A stretch of 64,000 nt of DNA from Clostridia bacterium (GTDB lineage: Bacteria > Bacillota > Clostridia > UBA1212), in the NCBI GenBank assembly GCA_017848335.1, contig JAGDAX010000141.1, forward strand, positions 5,558 through 69,557. The letters are read 5' to 3'. Position 1 is the stretch's first letter, and each line of letters begins with the position of its first letter. Position numbers and translations under genes: made by a program. Of this stretch, positions 56,341 to 64,000 are shown piece after piece. The notes below the pieces were generated by a model that saw nothing but the letters and a program-made list of their open reading frames with translations, had not been told where the DNA came from and did no database searches.

Positions 56341-57419
56341 AGAAAATTGTGCTGACCGGCGGCGGAACCGCCGGTCACGTTATGCCCAACGTGGCCCTGC
56401 TGCCGTACCTGAAGGATTTCGAGATACATTACATCGGGCAGATCGGCGGCATTGAGGAGAGGATCATGACCGGACAGCCGGGCGTGGCATTCCACGGCAT
56501 ACACTGCGGAAAGCTCAGAAGGTATATTTCAAAGGAGAATATTAAGGACTTTTTCAATTTCCAAAAGGGAATAAGAGAGTCGAAAAAGCTCCTTAAGGAA
56601 ATCAGGCCGGACGTGATCTTTTCCAAGGGTGGCTACGTGGCTGTACCTGTGGCCACCGCGGCTAAGCGGATCAAGATACCGCTTATCAGCCACGAGTCAG
56701 ACCTCACACCGGGCCTTGCCAACCGCATGATCGCAAAGAGCGCCAAGGTCGTTCTGACCACGTTCCCGGAGACGGCAGGGCTGATACCGGACGGGAAGGG
56801 CAGATTTGCGGGTCCGCCTATAAGAGACTCGCTTTTTGAGGGCGACCGGCAGAAGGGTCTCTCGTTTTTGGGATTTTCGGGCGCGAAGCCTGTTCTCGCG
56901 ATAATGGGCGGCAGCATGGGCTCCAGGGCCGTGAACGATATTGTCAGGAACAACCTCGAATACCTGTGCGAGAGGTTCGACGTGGTACATATGTGCGGCA
57001 AGGGAAATCTCCTGCAGGACGCGGACTTCAGCCCCGCGGTCATGAAGGGCTACAGGCAGTACGAGTTTATCACGGACGAGCTGGCTGACGTGCTGGCGGC
57101 CACGGATCTGGTCATCACCAGAGGCGGCTCCAATTCGATTCACGAGTTTGCGGCCATCGCGAAGCCCATGATAATCATCCCCCTCTCCAGGAAGGCCAGC
57201 CGCGGCGACCAGATCGAGAATGCGGACTCCTTCGAGAAGCGAGGCTTTGCGCTGAAGCTTTCCGAGGACGACGTCACGGACGAGCTCTTCAGGGAAGCTG
57301 TCGGGAAGCTTGAAGCCTCCAGGGGCGAGATCGCGGCGAAGCTTGAGGCGGCGCGGTTTGCGGACGGCACGCGGAATATATTTGAGGAGATCGTGCGCGT
57401 GGTGGGGGAGCAGGCGTAG
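56337..57419 (+). CDS. murG: Undecaprenyldiphospho-muramoylpentapeptide beta-N-acetylglucosaminyltransferase
   Basis: GGGTAGHVMP N-terminal motif. GT28 C-terminal domain (GGSNS..E). Confidence 0.88.
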   Translation: MKKIVLTGGGTAGHVMPNVALLPYLKDFEIHYIGQIGGIEERIMTGQPGVAFHGIHCGKLRRYISKENIKDFFNFQKGIRESKKLLKEIRPDVIFSKGGYVAVPVATAAKRIKIPLISHESDLTPGLANRMIAKSAKVVLTTFPETAGLIPDGKGRFAGPPIRDSLFEGDRQKGLSFLGFSGAKPVLAIMGGSMGSRAVNDIVRNNLEYLCERFDVVHMCGKGNLLQDADFSPAVMKGYRQYEFITDELADVLAATDLVITRGGSNSIHEFAAIAKPMIIIPLSRKASRGDQIENADSFEKRGFALKLSEDDVTDELFREAVGKLEASRGEIAAKLEAARFADGTRNIFEEIVRVVGEQA

Positions 57420-57427
57420 CTGCTGCA

Positions 57428-57550
57428 AGGATAGAGGCCAGAGGCTTTCGGCAGCTGTTGAATGAGAAGAAATCCGCGTCTGCATTTTGAGTCAGGAGCG
57501 ATTCACGCGTAGGCGTGCTCAGCGAGGGACTCAATATGCTGCGCGGTGTG
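57428..57550 (+). repeat. Dispersed repeat A, copy 2 (~120 bp)
   Basis: Aligns with 61933-62059 and the reverse complement of 7988-8070. Confidence 0.65.
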
Positions 57551-57636
57551 GCTTCGCGTACACCGGCGTTTGCAATACGAAATAAAGGCGGCAGTTGAAA
57601 TACGGATTTAATTGTCGGGAAAATAAAAAGAAAAGG

Positions 57637-57978
57637 ATGGACAAAAAAATGGATGACAGAAATGATGATATTTTTGAGGTCGACGGCGAGCTTGAAGCCC
57701 TTGAAGAGGTTGACGATATCATAACCCTTTATGACGAAGACGGTCAGGGCGTGGATTTTCAGATGCTGGATATGATCACCAGAGGCGACGACAAATACCT
57801 CGTGCTTTATCCGCTGGAGGATGAGGAAGAGGAGGACGACGGTTCGCTGGTGATTCTGAGGCTTATCGAGGGCGAGGAAGACGATACGCTGGAGAGCGTT
57901 GAGGACGATGAACTCCTGTCTGAGCTTTTCGAGGAATTCAAGGAGTCGCACAAGGACGAATTTACGTTTGAGGATTGA
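57637..57978 (+). CDS. DUF1292 (YrzB-like) acidic protein
   Basis: ITLYDEDGQGVDFQMLDMI..DDKYLVLYPLEDEEEEDDGSLVILRLIE matches the DUF1292 pattern. RBS aaaagga. The ORF-track ORF starts at 57595. Confidence 0.6.
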   Translation: MDKKMDDRNDDIFEVDGELEALEEVDDIITLYDEDGQGVDFQMLDMITRGDDKYLVLYPLEDEEEEDDGSLVILRLIEGEEDDTLESVEDDELLSELFEEFKESHKDEFTFED

Positions 57979-58024
57979 CGGGACTGAGTCGGGCTATGTC
58001 CGGGAACGTCCTGCAAGGATAGAA

Positions 58025-58055
58025 AATGCCCGGGGATTTCCGGGCATTTTCGGCC
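58025..58055. terminator. Bidirectional hairpin terminator between the convergent DUF1292 and TraX genes
   Basis: aaaatgcccggggatttccgggcattttcgg. Confidence 0.55.
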
Positions 58056-58056
58056 T

Positions 58057-58833
58057 TCACACCACCCGCTTCAGGATCTCAAACAGCCCGTACAGGACCA
58101 GAAAGTGAGCGGGGTAGAAGACGTAGTAAAAATATTTCGGCAGCGATTTTCCCTTCTTGCCGTTGTACATGAAAATCGGGATGAAGGCAGTGATGCCGCA
58201 GAACTGCATCAGCGAGGCCTTGGCCGAGAGGATGAACATTGTCGGGAAGCCGTCGCTTCTGTAGTGCCACGACTTGAGCATGAAGTTCGGCACGAAAAGA
58301 ACCGCCGCGGCGGCAGCAAAGCGGATCAGCGGGTAGTCGCGGAGGTAGTACATCACCAGGATGAGCATTATCCCCAGCCAGGAATATTCCGTGTGCAGGA
58401 AGTACGCGAGAAGAATCGCGGCGCCGCCCGCGAGGACGGCCAGCAGCTTGCTTTCCTTAAGAATAAGGTCGATCATGTAGATCGCGAAGGCGCCCAGCGC
58501 AAGCGTGAAGAACACGTTGAGACCCTTGAGGTCAAGCACCGTGCCGCGAAGTGCCAGGTCCTGCGGAATTTCAGAAATAACCGCAAAAATCAGCAGGCTC
58601 AGAATGTACTTCGGCCTGCTTTTTGTGTGGGCCATGCCTTCTGCCAGCAGGAACGTGAAGAGCACGAAGGATGCCCTTGTCAGGTACCAGTGCAGCCTGC
58701 ACCAAACGTCGCCCTCAACGGGCGGAAACGCATGGTAATAGCAGATTGATGCGTGGTTTATGACCATAAGTATCAGCGCAATGTGTTTGATCGCTGCCGA
58801 AGAAAGCAGCTTGATGCCTTTGTTGCCTTCCAT
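58057..58833 (-). CDS. TraX-family membrane protein (probable)
   Basis: Start MEGNKGIKLLSSAAIKHIALILMVINH matches the TraX N-terminal pattern (LK.IA.I.M.IDH). About 7 TM helices. RBS gaggaa. The ORF-track ORF extends to 58923. Confidence 0.5.
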   Translation of the reverse strand: MEGNKGIKLLSSAAIKHIALILMVINHASICYYHAFPPVEGDVWCRLHWYLTRASFVLFTFLLAEGMAHTKSRPKYILSLLIFAVISEIPQDLALRGTVLDLKGLNVFFTLALGAFAIYMIDLILKESKLLAVLAGGAAILLAYFLHTEYSWLGIMLILVMYYLRDYPLIRFAAAAAVLFVPNFMLKSWHYRSDGFPTMFILSAKASLMQFCGITAFIPIFMYNGKKGKSLPKYFYYVFYPAHFLVLYGLFEILKRVV

Positions 58834-58914
58834 AGAATTTCCTCGCGAAGGTTTTGTCAGGGCCGGGCCCCGGAATTGTGAGCCGGCGGCAGGTTTGTCA
58901 GGGCCGCGGGCCGG

Positions 58915-59045
58915 GCGCGGCATTTGCGGCGTTTTCCGCGTTTATCGCGTTTTTCGGGTTTATCGCGTTTTTCGGGTTTGCGGCGTTTTCCGCGTTTATC
59001 GCGTTTTTCGGGTTTGCGGCGTTTTCCGCGTTTGCGGCGGCTGAA
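58915..59045. repeat. ~33-bp tandem repeat x4 (gcgttttccgcgtttatcgcgtttttcgggttt); both strands give KR-rich or F-rich pseudo-ORFs
   Basis: Direct inspection. ORFs 58857-59096(-) and 58924-59124(+) are repeat-derived. Confidence 0.7.
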
Positions 59046-59234
59046 GCGTTTTCTGCATTTGCCGCGCATGAAGCGATCGCCTCCGTTTTGCCGCATTATT
59101 GACGCGTGTTCGAAGCGTTCTTGACGCGTTATTGGCGGGTCTTTTGACGCCTGCGTCCTGTCAGGCTATTATATGCTCTTTCGGTTGAAAAAAGCAAGGC
59201 GCGGTGTTATACTTTTTAGGCGGCTTTTAGCTTA

Positions 59235-59380
59235 TTGCCTGCGGCCTCCGGCTCCCGACCTCGGGACTTTGGCCTTTGGACTGCAGCGTCAGGCATCAAG
59301 CCTCTAAACTCAGGCTCCGGTAAAAGCCCCCGTCACAAAAAACTTATGATTCACACCTCGCGGAACGCGCGACGGCCTTC
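59235..59380. repeat. Mosaic repeat (gcggcctccggctcc..ggcctttggac ... ctcgcggaacgcgcgacggcc)
   Basis: Shares the A and C modules with the other copies. Confidence 0.55.
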
Positions 59381-59423
59381 GGATATCGGCACGCGGCCCT
59401 TCAGACGGATAACATTTTAGATT

Positions 59424-60014
59424 ATGGATTATATTGTCAAGCGATCAGACAGGTGCACCCTGTCAGTCCGGGTGGACGACGACAGCAACATAATAGTGAG
59501 AGCCGGCCGCAGAACGAGCCAGGCCCTTATCGATGATTTTGTGAGGAAATCCGCACCCTTTATTGAGAAGCGTCTTCGCGAGAATGAAGTCGTTGACAGG
59601 ACTGCGGAACGCATGGGCGGCGCATTCACGGACCGTGAGATACGGGACATGAAGGACAAGGCGAGAGCTTACTTCGCGGAGAAGGCGGCGCTTTACGCGG
59701 ACAGGCTTGGCGTCAGCTACAGCGGCATCTCGATCAGGACGCAGACCACGCTGTGGGGGAGCTGCTCGCCCAAGGGGCTTTTGAGCTTCAACTGCCTGCT
59801 GATGGAGGCTCCTGAATTCGCGGCGGAATCCGTGGCTGCCCACGAGGTTTGCCACCTGAGGCACCGCAATCACGGCAAGGCCTTCTACAGCGACCTTCAC
59901 GGGATATTTCCGGAGTACGACAAGGCGCGGCTCTGGCTTCGCCAAAACGGACGGGTGCTCATAAGGCGGTACAGCCTGTACCTCAAAGGCTCACAACCAG
60001 AAGGGTCACAATAA
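59424..60014 (+). CDS. M48-family / DUF45 (YgjP-like) zinc metallopeptidase
   Basis: WGSCSPKG...HEVCHLRHRNH contains the HExxH motif in the typical DUF45 context. Confidence 0.7.
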   Translation: MDYIVKRSDRCTLSVRVDDDSNIIVRAGRRTSQALIDDFVRKSAPFIEKRLRENEVVDRTAERMGGAFTDREIRDMKDKARAYFAEKAALYADRLGVSYSGISIRTQTTLWGSCSPKGLLSFNCLLMEAPEFAAESVAAHEVCHLRHRNHGKAFYSDLHGIFPEYDKARLWLRQNGRVLIRRYSLYLKGSQPEGSQ

Positions 60015-60029
60015 AGTGTCTGCAGCCTG

Positions 60030-60175
60030 CCGCCGCATTCACGGGCAAGCTGCCTGAAAGAAAATGCAAGCTGCCCGAAAGAAAATGCAAGCTGGCTGAA
60101 ATAAAAATGCAAGCTGCCTGAAATAAAATGCAGGCTGCCCGAAAGAACCTGCAATTTGCCGCCGCATTCACGGAC
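60030..60175. repeat. 21/22-bp tandem repeat x5 (gcaagctgcc.gaaagaaaat), flanked by the diverged units gcagcctgccgccgcattcacgggc and gcaatttgccgccgcattcacggac
   Basis: Direct inspection. Lies between the DUF45 and WecF-like genes. Confidence 0.75.
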
Positions 60176-60198
60176 AATCTACCAAAGAGAGCATACAA

Positions 60199-61314
60199 AT
60201 GGCTGAGAATTACAAGAAATTCAAATATATCCACGTCTTTAACGGCTCGAACTACGGGACCATTAACAGCTTCACCGCGCTGATCAACAAGCGCTTCGAT
60301 CCCGCGGAGCACCTCATAATCGTCAAGGACAAAAAGAACAATCCCAAGGAAACGATATCGTGCTACGAAAACGTCATCTGGCTTCCCGGCGCGGAGCATG
60401 AGGAACGGGAGAAATTCCTGCGCCTTCTCACCGCGGGGGAGATCATTTTTTGGCATGCCATGGGCTGGGGCTGGCGGATGCAGGCGGTGATCGATTCGGA
60501 CAGCGAGCTCATCCGGCGGTCGGTCTGGGTCGAGTGGGGCGCGGATCTTTACAACTGGAAGCGCACTGAGGGCGGCCTTCTGAGGCGCGCCTTTGTGAAC
60601 AGCGTCTGCAAGTCATGGCGCAGGAACGTCCTTGCGACGGTGGCCATTTTTCCCACCGACGTGGAGGTCATCAAGAAGCAGTTCGGCCGCAGGATGACGG
60701 TGCTCACCGCGGGCTATTGCTCGATGTATGCCGAGGATACCGAGAAGCTCCGCCCTTCGCAGGAGAAGGCTCCCGGGGCGCCGCTTAACGTGCAGGTTGG
60801 CCACTCCGCCACCCCTGCGTGCCATCATATTGACGCGCTTGAGAAACTTTCTGCGTACAGGGACGAGAATATATTGATCCACATCCCGCTCACCTACGGG
60901 GATCCCGAATACGCGATCCGGGTAGAGCGCAAGGCTCTCGAGCTTTTTCCCGAGAACAAGATCCGCTTCCAAAAGCAGCAGCTGCCGCTGGAGGAGTACA
61001 TAAAATATCTGTGGAGCATGGACGTGGGCGTGTTCAACGTGGAACGGCAGATCGCGCTGGGAAATATTGCCCAGCTGCTCTATATGCTCAAGAAGGTCTA
61101 TCTGCCCAAGGACAGCGTGCTTGGCAGGTACTATGCCGAGAACGACGCATATTATTGCGATTACGCGCTCCTGGGGAGCGAGGATTTCGCGGCTTTTTCC
61201 GCCGGGATACCCCGGACTGAGCCTGCCGACTGCGTTCTCCGGTATATGTCCGAGAAGTCGGTGACCGCCGAGTGGAGAATCGTATTCGCCGCGGTGCTGA
61301 AGCTGCTGAAGTAG
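60199..61314 (+). CDS. WecF-like TDP-Fuc4NAc:lipid II 4-alpha-L-fucosyltransferase (GT56 family, tentative)
   Basis: YIHVFNGSNYGT..IFWHAMGWGW..VWVEWGADLYNWK..VQVGHSATPACHHIDAL resembles E. coli WecF blocks (HVLGSD..FFFHGQF..FWHIWGADLY..LVGNSGDRSNEHIAAL), recalled from memory. Confidence 0.45.
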   Translation: MAENYKKFKYIHVFNGSNYGTINSFTALINKRFDPAEHLIIVKDKKNNPKETISCYENVIWLPGAEHEEREKFLRLLTAGEIIFWHAMGWGWRMQAVIDSDSELIRRSVWVEWGADLYNWKRTEGGLLRRAFVNSVCKSWRRNVLATVAIFPTDVEVIKKQFGRRMTVLTAGYCSMYAEDTEKLRPSQEKAPGAPLNVQVGHSATPACHHIDALEKLSAYRDENILIHIPLTYGDPEYAIRVERKALELFPENKIRFQKQQLPLEEYIKYLWSMDVGVFNVERQIALGNIAQLLYMLKKVYLPKDSVLGRYYAENDAYYCDYALLGSEDFAAFSAGIPRTEPADCVLRYMSEKSVTAEWRIVFAAVLKLLK

Positions 61315-61440
61315 GATGGGTTTTTTGAAGCATTCCGGAGCTGCCGGATATGGGAGAAGGCTGTTTTTTAAAGCTTTCCGGAGCTGCCCGGCATGGGAGA
61401 AGGCTTTTGAAGCCGCTGAAGTTTGGAGGAAGTGTCTTAA

Positions 61441-61923
61441 ATGGCAATAAACGTCGTATTGGTGGAGCCGGAAATTCCTGCGAATACCGGCAATATCGCC
61501 CGGACCTGCGGCGCTTCGGGCGCGGTGCTTCATCTCGTGAAGCCGCTGGGTTTTTCGATTGACGATAAGCACGTTAAAAGAGCCGGCCTGGATTACTGGC
61601 ACTTCGTGAACATCGTGGTGCACGAGAGCCTTGACGACTTTTTGGAATACAAGCGCAGGGAACACCCGGAGGCCGCTGCGTACTATCTGAGCACCAAGGC
61701 AAAGCGGCGCCACACCGACGTTACCTACCGGGACGGGGATTTTCTGCTTTTCGGCAAGGAGACGAAGGGCCTGCCGGAGAGTCTGATCTTCGGCGATTAT
61801 GAAAACGCTGTCCGCATACCGATGCTGGACGATCCTGAATTCCGCTCGCTTAACCTCTCGAACTCCGTGGCGATTGTGCTTTATGAGGCGCTGAGGCAGA
61901 TGGGGTTTGAGAACATGAGGTGA
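61441..61923 (+). CDS. trmL: tRNA (cytidine/uridine-2'-O-)-methyltransferase TrmL (SpoU family)
   Basis: LVEPEIPANTGNIARTC..LHLVKPLGF..LNLSNSVAIVLYEA. Confidence 0.85.
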   Translation: MAINVVLVEPEIPANTGNIARTCGASGAVLHLVKPLGFSIDDKHVKRAGLDYWHFVNIVVHESLDDFLEYKRREHPEAAAYYLSTKAKRRHTDVTYRDGDFLLFGKETKGLPESLIFGDYENAVRIPMLDDPEFRSLNLSNSVAIVLYEALRQMGFENMR

Positions 61924-61932
61924 GGGAGCAGA

Positions 61933-62115
61933 GGGATAGAGGATAGATGATAGAGATTTCGGCAGCTGCTGACTGAAAAAGATCCCGCGTCTGCATTTTG
62001 AGTCACGAACGGTTCACGCGTGAGCGTGCTCAGTGAGGGACTCAATATGCTGCGCGGTGGCCGGAGATCAGAGATTTCGGCAGCTGCTGACTGGAAAAGA
62101 TCCCGCGTCTGCAGA
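61933..62115 (+). repeat. Dispersed repeat A, copy 3 (61933-62059), plus an adjacent partial second copy (62066-62115)
   Basis: gatttcggcagctgctgactg(g/a)aaaagatcccgcgtctgca occurs twice. The full unit ends gagggactcaatatgctgcgcggtgg. Confidence 0.65.
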
Positions 62116-62134
62116 CAGTGCGCGCAGCAGCTGA

Positions 62135-62215
62135 CCTTCAACCCGCGTCCCATAGCTTTTACCTCGCAGCATGTAGCTCGCGCGGAACGCGCGACCGGCA
62201 CCCGGCGCTTTATAC
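62135..62215. repeat. Mosaic repeat (cgtcccatagc ... tagctcgcgcggaacgcgcgaccggcacccggcgc)
   Basis: B, C and D modules. Confidence 0.6.
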
Positions 62216-62334
62216 TGCCAAAACTGCCCAAAACGGGTAAAAACCGGTCAAACACGGCCAAAAAACAAATAAAAATTGCAATACGTCGCAAAAAATGCTA
62301 CAATTCCACCTGCATTCCCGAAAGGAGCATATTG

Positions 62335-63078
62335 ATGCCGGTTACACAAACAGAGAAAAACATAGCCCGCATTTCGGGGGCCATCAATTCCGCGCCGCAG
62401 CTCAGCCACATGGCTTACGGCGAGGGCTTCTATTCCTTTGACCTTAAGATCATGAGGACCAGCGGCAGCCCGGATTATATTCCTGTACTTATGTCGGACA
62501 GGCTGGCGGGAGAAGACGCTCTGGTGGTGGGCCGGAATCTTTACGTGGAAGGGCAGTTCCGGTCTCACAACGTTCCCGGGGAGGAGCATTCGAAGCTGAA
62601 GCTTATGGTATTCGCGCGCAAGGTCATTTTCTTTGACGAGGAAGGCGCCATCGAGACCATGGCCAGGGAGGATGAGTCTGCGGGAAGCGGAGGCGCGGCG
62701 ACCTTCGAGGCGTGGGAAATGTCGCCGGAGGACAAGGCGGACGTCAAGCCCGACACCAATGAAATCATTCTGGACGGGTTTATCTGCAAGCCGCCGGTGT
62801 TCAGGGTCACGCCGCTCAAGCGTGAGATCGCGGATATTCTTCTCGCGGTCAACCGCATGTACAACAAGTCGGATTACATTCCCTGCATCTGCTGGGGCCG
62901 CAACGCCAGGTTCTGCGGGAAGCGCCAGGTGGGCGAGCACGTGAAGATCACCGGGCGTATTCAGAGCAGGTTCTACACCAAGAAGTACCCCAACGGCACG
63001 GAGGAGCAGAAGATCGCCTATGAGGTGTCGATTGCGGCGCTGGAGCTGGTGGACGACTCGAGGGTGAACGATGAATGA
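62335..63078 (+). CDS. Tandem-OB-fold SSB-like single-stranded DNA-binding protein (hypothetical)
   Basis: YIPCICWGRNARFCGKRQVGEHVKITGRIQSRFY resembles the SSB core [33 protein letters not shown]. The N-terminal half has a similar OB pattern. RBS aaaggag. The ORF-track ORF (from 62020) is extended upstream through repeat DNA. Confidence 0.5.
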   Translation: MPVTQTEKNIARISGAINSAPQLSHMAYGEGFYSFDLKIMRTSGSPDYIPVLMSDRLAGEDALVVGRNLYVEGQFRSHNVPGEEHSKLKLMVFARKVIFFDEEGAIETMAREDESAGSGGAATFEAWEMSPEDKADVKPDTNEIILDGFICKPPVFRVTPLKREIADILLAVNRMYNKSDYIPCICWGRNARFCGKRQVGEHVKITGRIQSRFYTKKYPNGTEEQKIAYEVSIAALELVDDSRVNDE

Positions 63079-63433
63079 ATGCTTCCCGTGAGAGGCCGGG
63101 CGCAACAATGCGAAGCCGGGACAGTCTGGATTGCTGCGGTTGGCCAAATTGAACACGGTAACACGCGCGACGGTGAGCTTCTGACTGACTGCCGCGCTTT
63201 TCATAAGGGGTTGCTTTTCATAAGGGTTTGCTTTCATAAGATCGCCCGCAAAAACGGCCCCCGGGCGGCTTGGCGCGCATTTTTTTAAGATAATTTCATG
63301 ATTATTGTGGTACAATAAAACAGGTGACCGGGCAAAGGATCCCGCAAGGCGCGGGCGGTCGCCTTTTGAATGGAATTTGAATGAATTGCGGGGCCGGGAA
63401 GCGGCTCCGATAATGAGATTTACGGAGTTCATT

Positions 63434-64000
63434 ATGGACAAGGACGATGCAAACAAGAAAAAACCGGGCAGACTTCCTGTGTTTGTTTACTACCTTATAA
63501 TTCTCGCGGTGGTGTTCGTACTCTGGTTTTTGCTGGTGCCGACGGCCTCAAGGCCTACTTACAAGGAGATCACCTACAGTGAGTTCGTCAAGATGGTGGA
63601 GGAGGACCAGGTCCAGAAGGTGGAGCTTTCCGGCACCACCATAACGATCCAGCCGAAGGAGCAGAATACCAATAAGCCCGTCTATTACCAGACCGGCATG
63701 CTGACGGTGGCTGACATTAACGTGGTGGATCTGCTGTTGGAGCACAACGTGGAATTCGGCTCGCCTATCGAGCGCTCCAGCTTCTGGCCGAATCTGCTTT
63801 CGCTGCTGCTGATGGTTGGCATAAGCTGGCTGATGCTGTTCCTGGTCTTCAGGTTCATGTCGAAGCGCATGGGAGGCAACGTGATGTCTCTCGGGAAGGG
63901 CACCGGCAAGATATACGGGCAGAAATCCACCGGCAAGACCTTCGAGGACGTGGCCGGGCAGGATGAGGCGAAAATGCAGCTTACGGAGATCGTTGACTTC
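63434..64000 (+). CDS. ftsH: ATP-dependent zinc metalloprotease FtsH, N-terminal 189 aa, 3'-truncated by the window edge
   Basis: Translation MDKDDANKKKPGRLPVFVYYLIILAV..(TM1)..periplasmic domain..LLSLLLMVGISWLMLFLVF(TM2)..KTFEDVAGQDEAK is the canonical FtsH N-terminus. Absent from the ORF track because no stop lies within the window. Confidence 0.8.
   Translation, partial: MDKDDANKKKPGRLPVFVYYLIILAVVFVLWFLLVPTASRPTYKEITYSEFVKMVEEDQVQKVELSGTTITIQPKEQNTNKPVYYQTGMLTVADINVVDLLLEHNVEFGSPIERSSFWPNLLSLLLMVGISWLMLFLVFRFMSKRMGGNVMSLGKGTGKIYGQKSTGKTFEDVAGQDEAKMQLTEIVDF

Noticed and set aside
58857-59124. KRGKRRKPEKRD-repeat ORF (minus strand) and FAAFSAF-repeat ORF (+ strand)
   Set aside because: Pure translations of a 33-bp tandem DNA repeat on both strands. 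There is no RBS, and they overlap each other.
60030-60175. Considered whether the 21-bp array with flanking repeats could be a CRISPR array
   Set aside because: Units are contiguous with no unique spacers, and no cas genes are present. It is a simple tandem repeat.

Overview
High-GC (~60%) Firmicutes/Clostridia-like chromosomal segment, probably Oscillospiraceae/Ruminococcaceae-type, almost all on the + strand. It starts inside rpoB and runs through rpoC, an orphan FRG-domain gene, a 4-gene sugar ABC transporter, two SipW-cognate/TasA-like secreted proteins, a lipoprotein, tRNA-His, and a YozG-HTH/DUF2975 module with a 700-aa membrane protein. It continues with a large secreted enzyme-like protein, a SWIM-SNF2 helicase, mtaB, a pseudouridine synthase, lepB with an acidic N-extension, rdgB, an SDR and a barnase/barstar pair. 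Next are pta-ackA, folT, an in-frame folC-cmk fusion, ispH-rpsA fusion, hup, rpsT, a secreted surface protein, an ASRT-like (DUF1362) gene, an acyltransferase-3 gene and the iorA-iorB-paaK-ACT operon. The window ends with murG, DUF1292, TraX, a DUF45 peptidase, a WecF-like GT56, trmL, a tandem-OB SSB-like protein and the 5' end of ftsH. No rRNA, CRISPR, transposase or integrase was seen. Almost every intergenic region contains short tandem repeats. A mosaic family of dispersed intergenic repeats recurs at nine or more loci, built from cccataac tandems, ggcacttggcac, the hairpin cgcgcggaacgcgcg and ggcctccggc..ggcctttagcc. A second ~100-bp dispersed repeat occurs in three copies. Two large secreted proteins share a C-terminal GCGS + hydrophobic helix + basic tail motif that looks like an undescribed sorting signal. 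Long antisense ORFs are GC-rich artefacts. Coordinates read from the printed sequence may be off by ±1, so ORF-track coordinates were used wherever possible.
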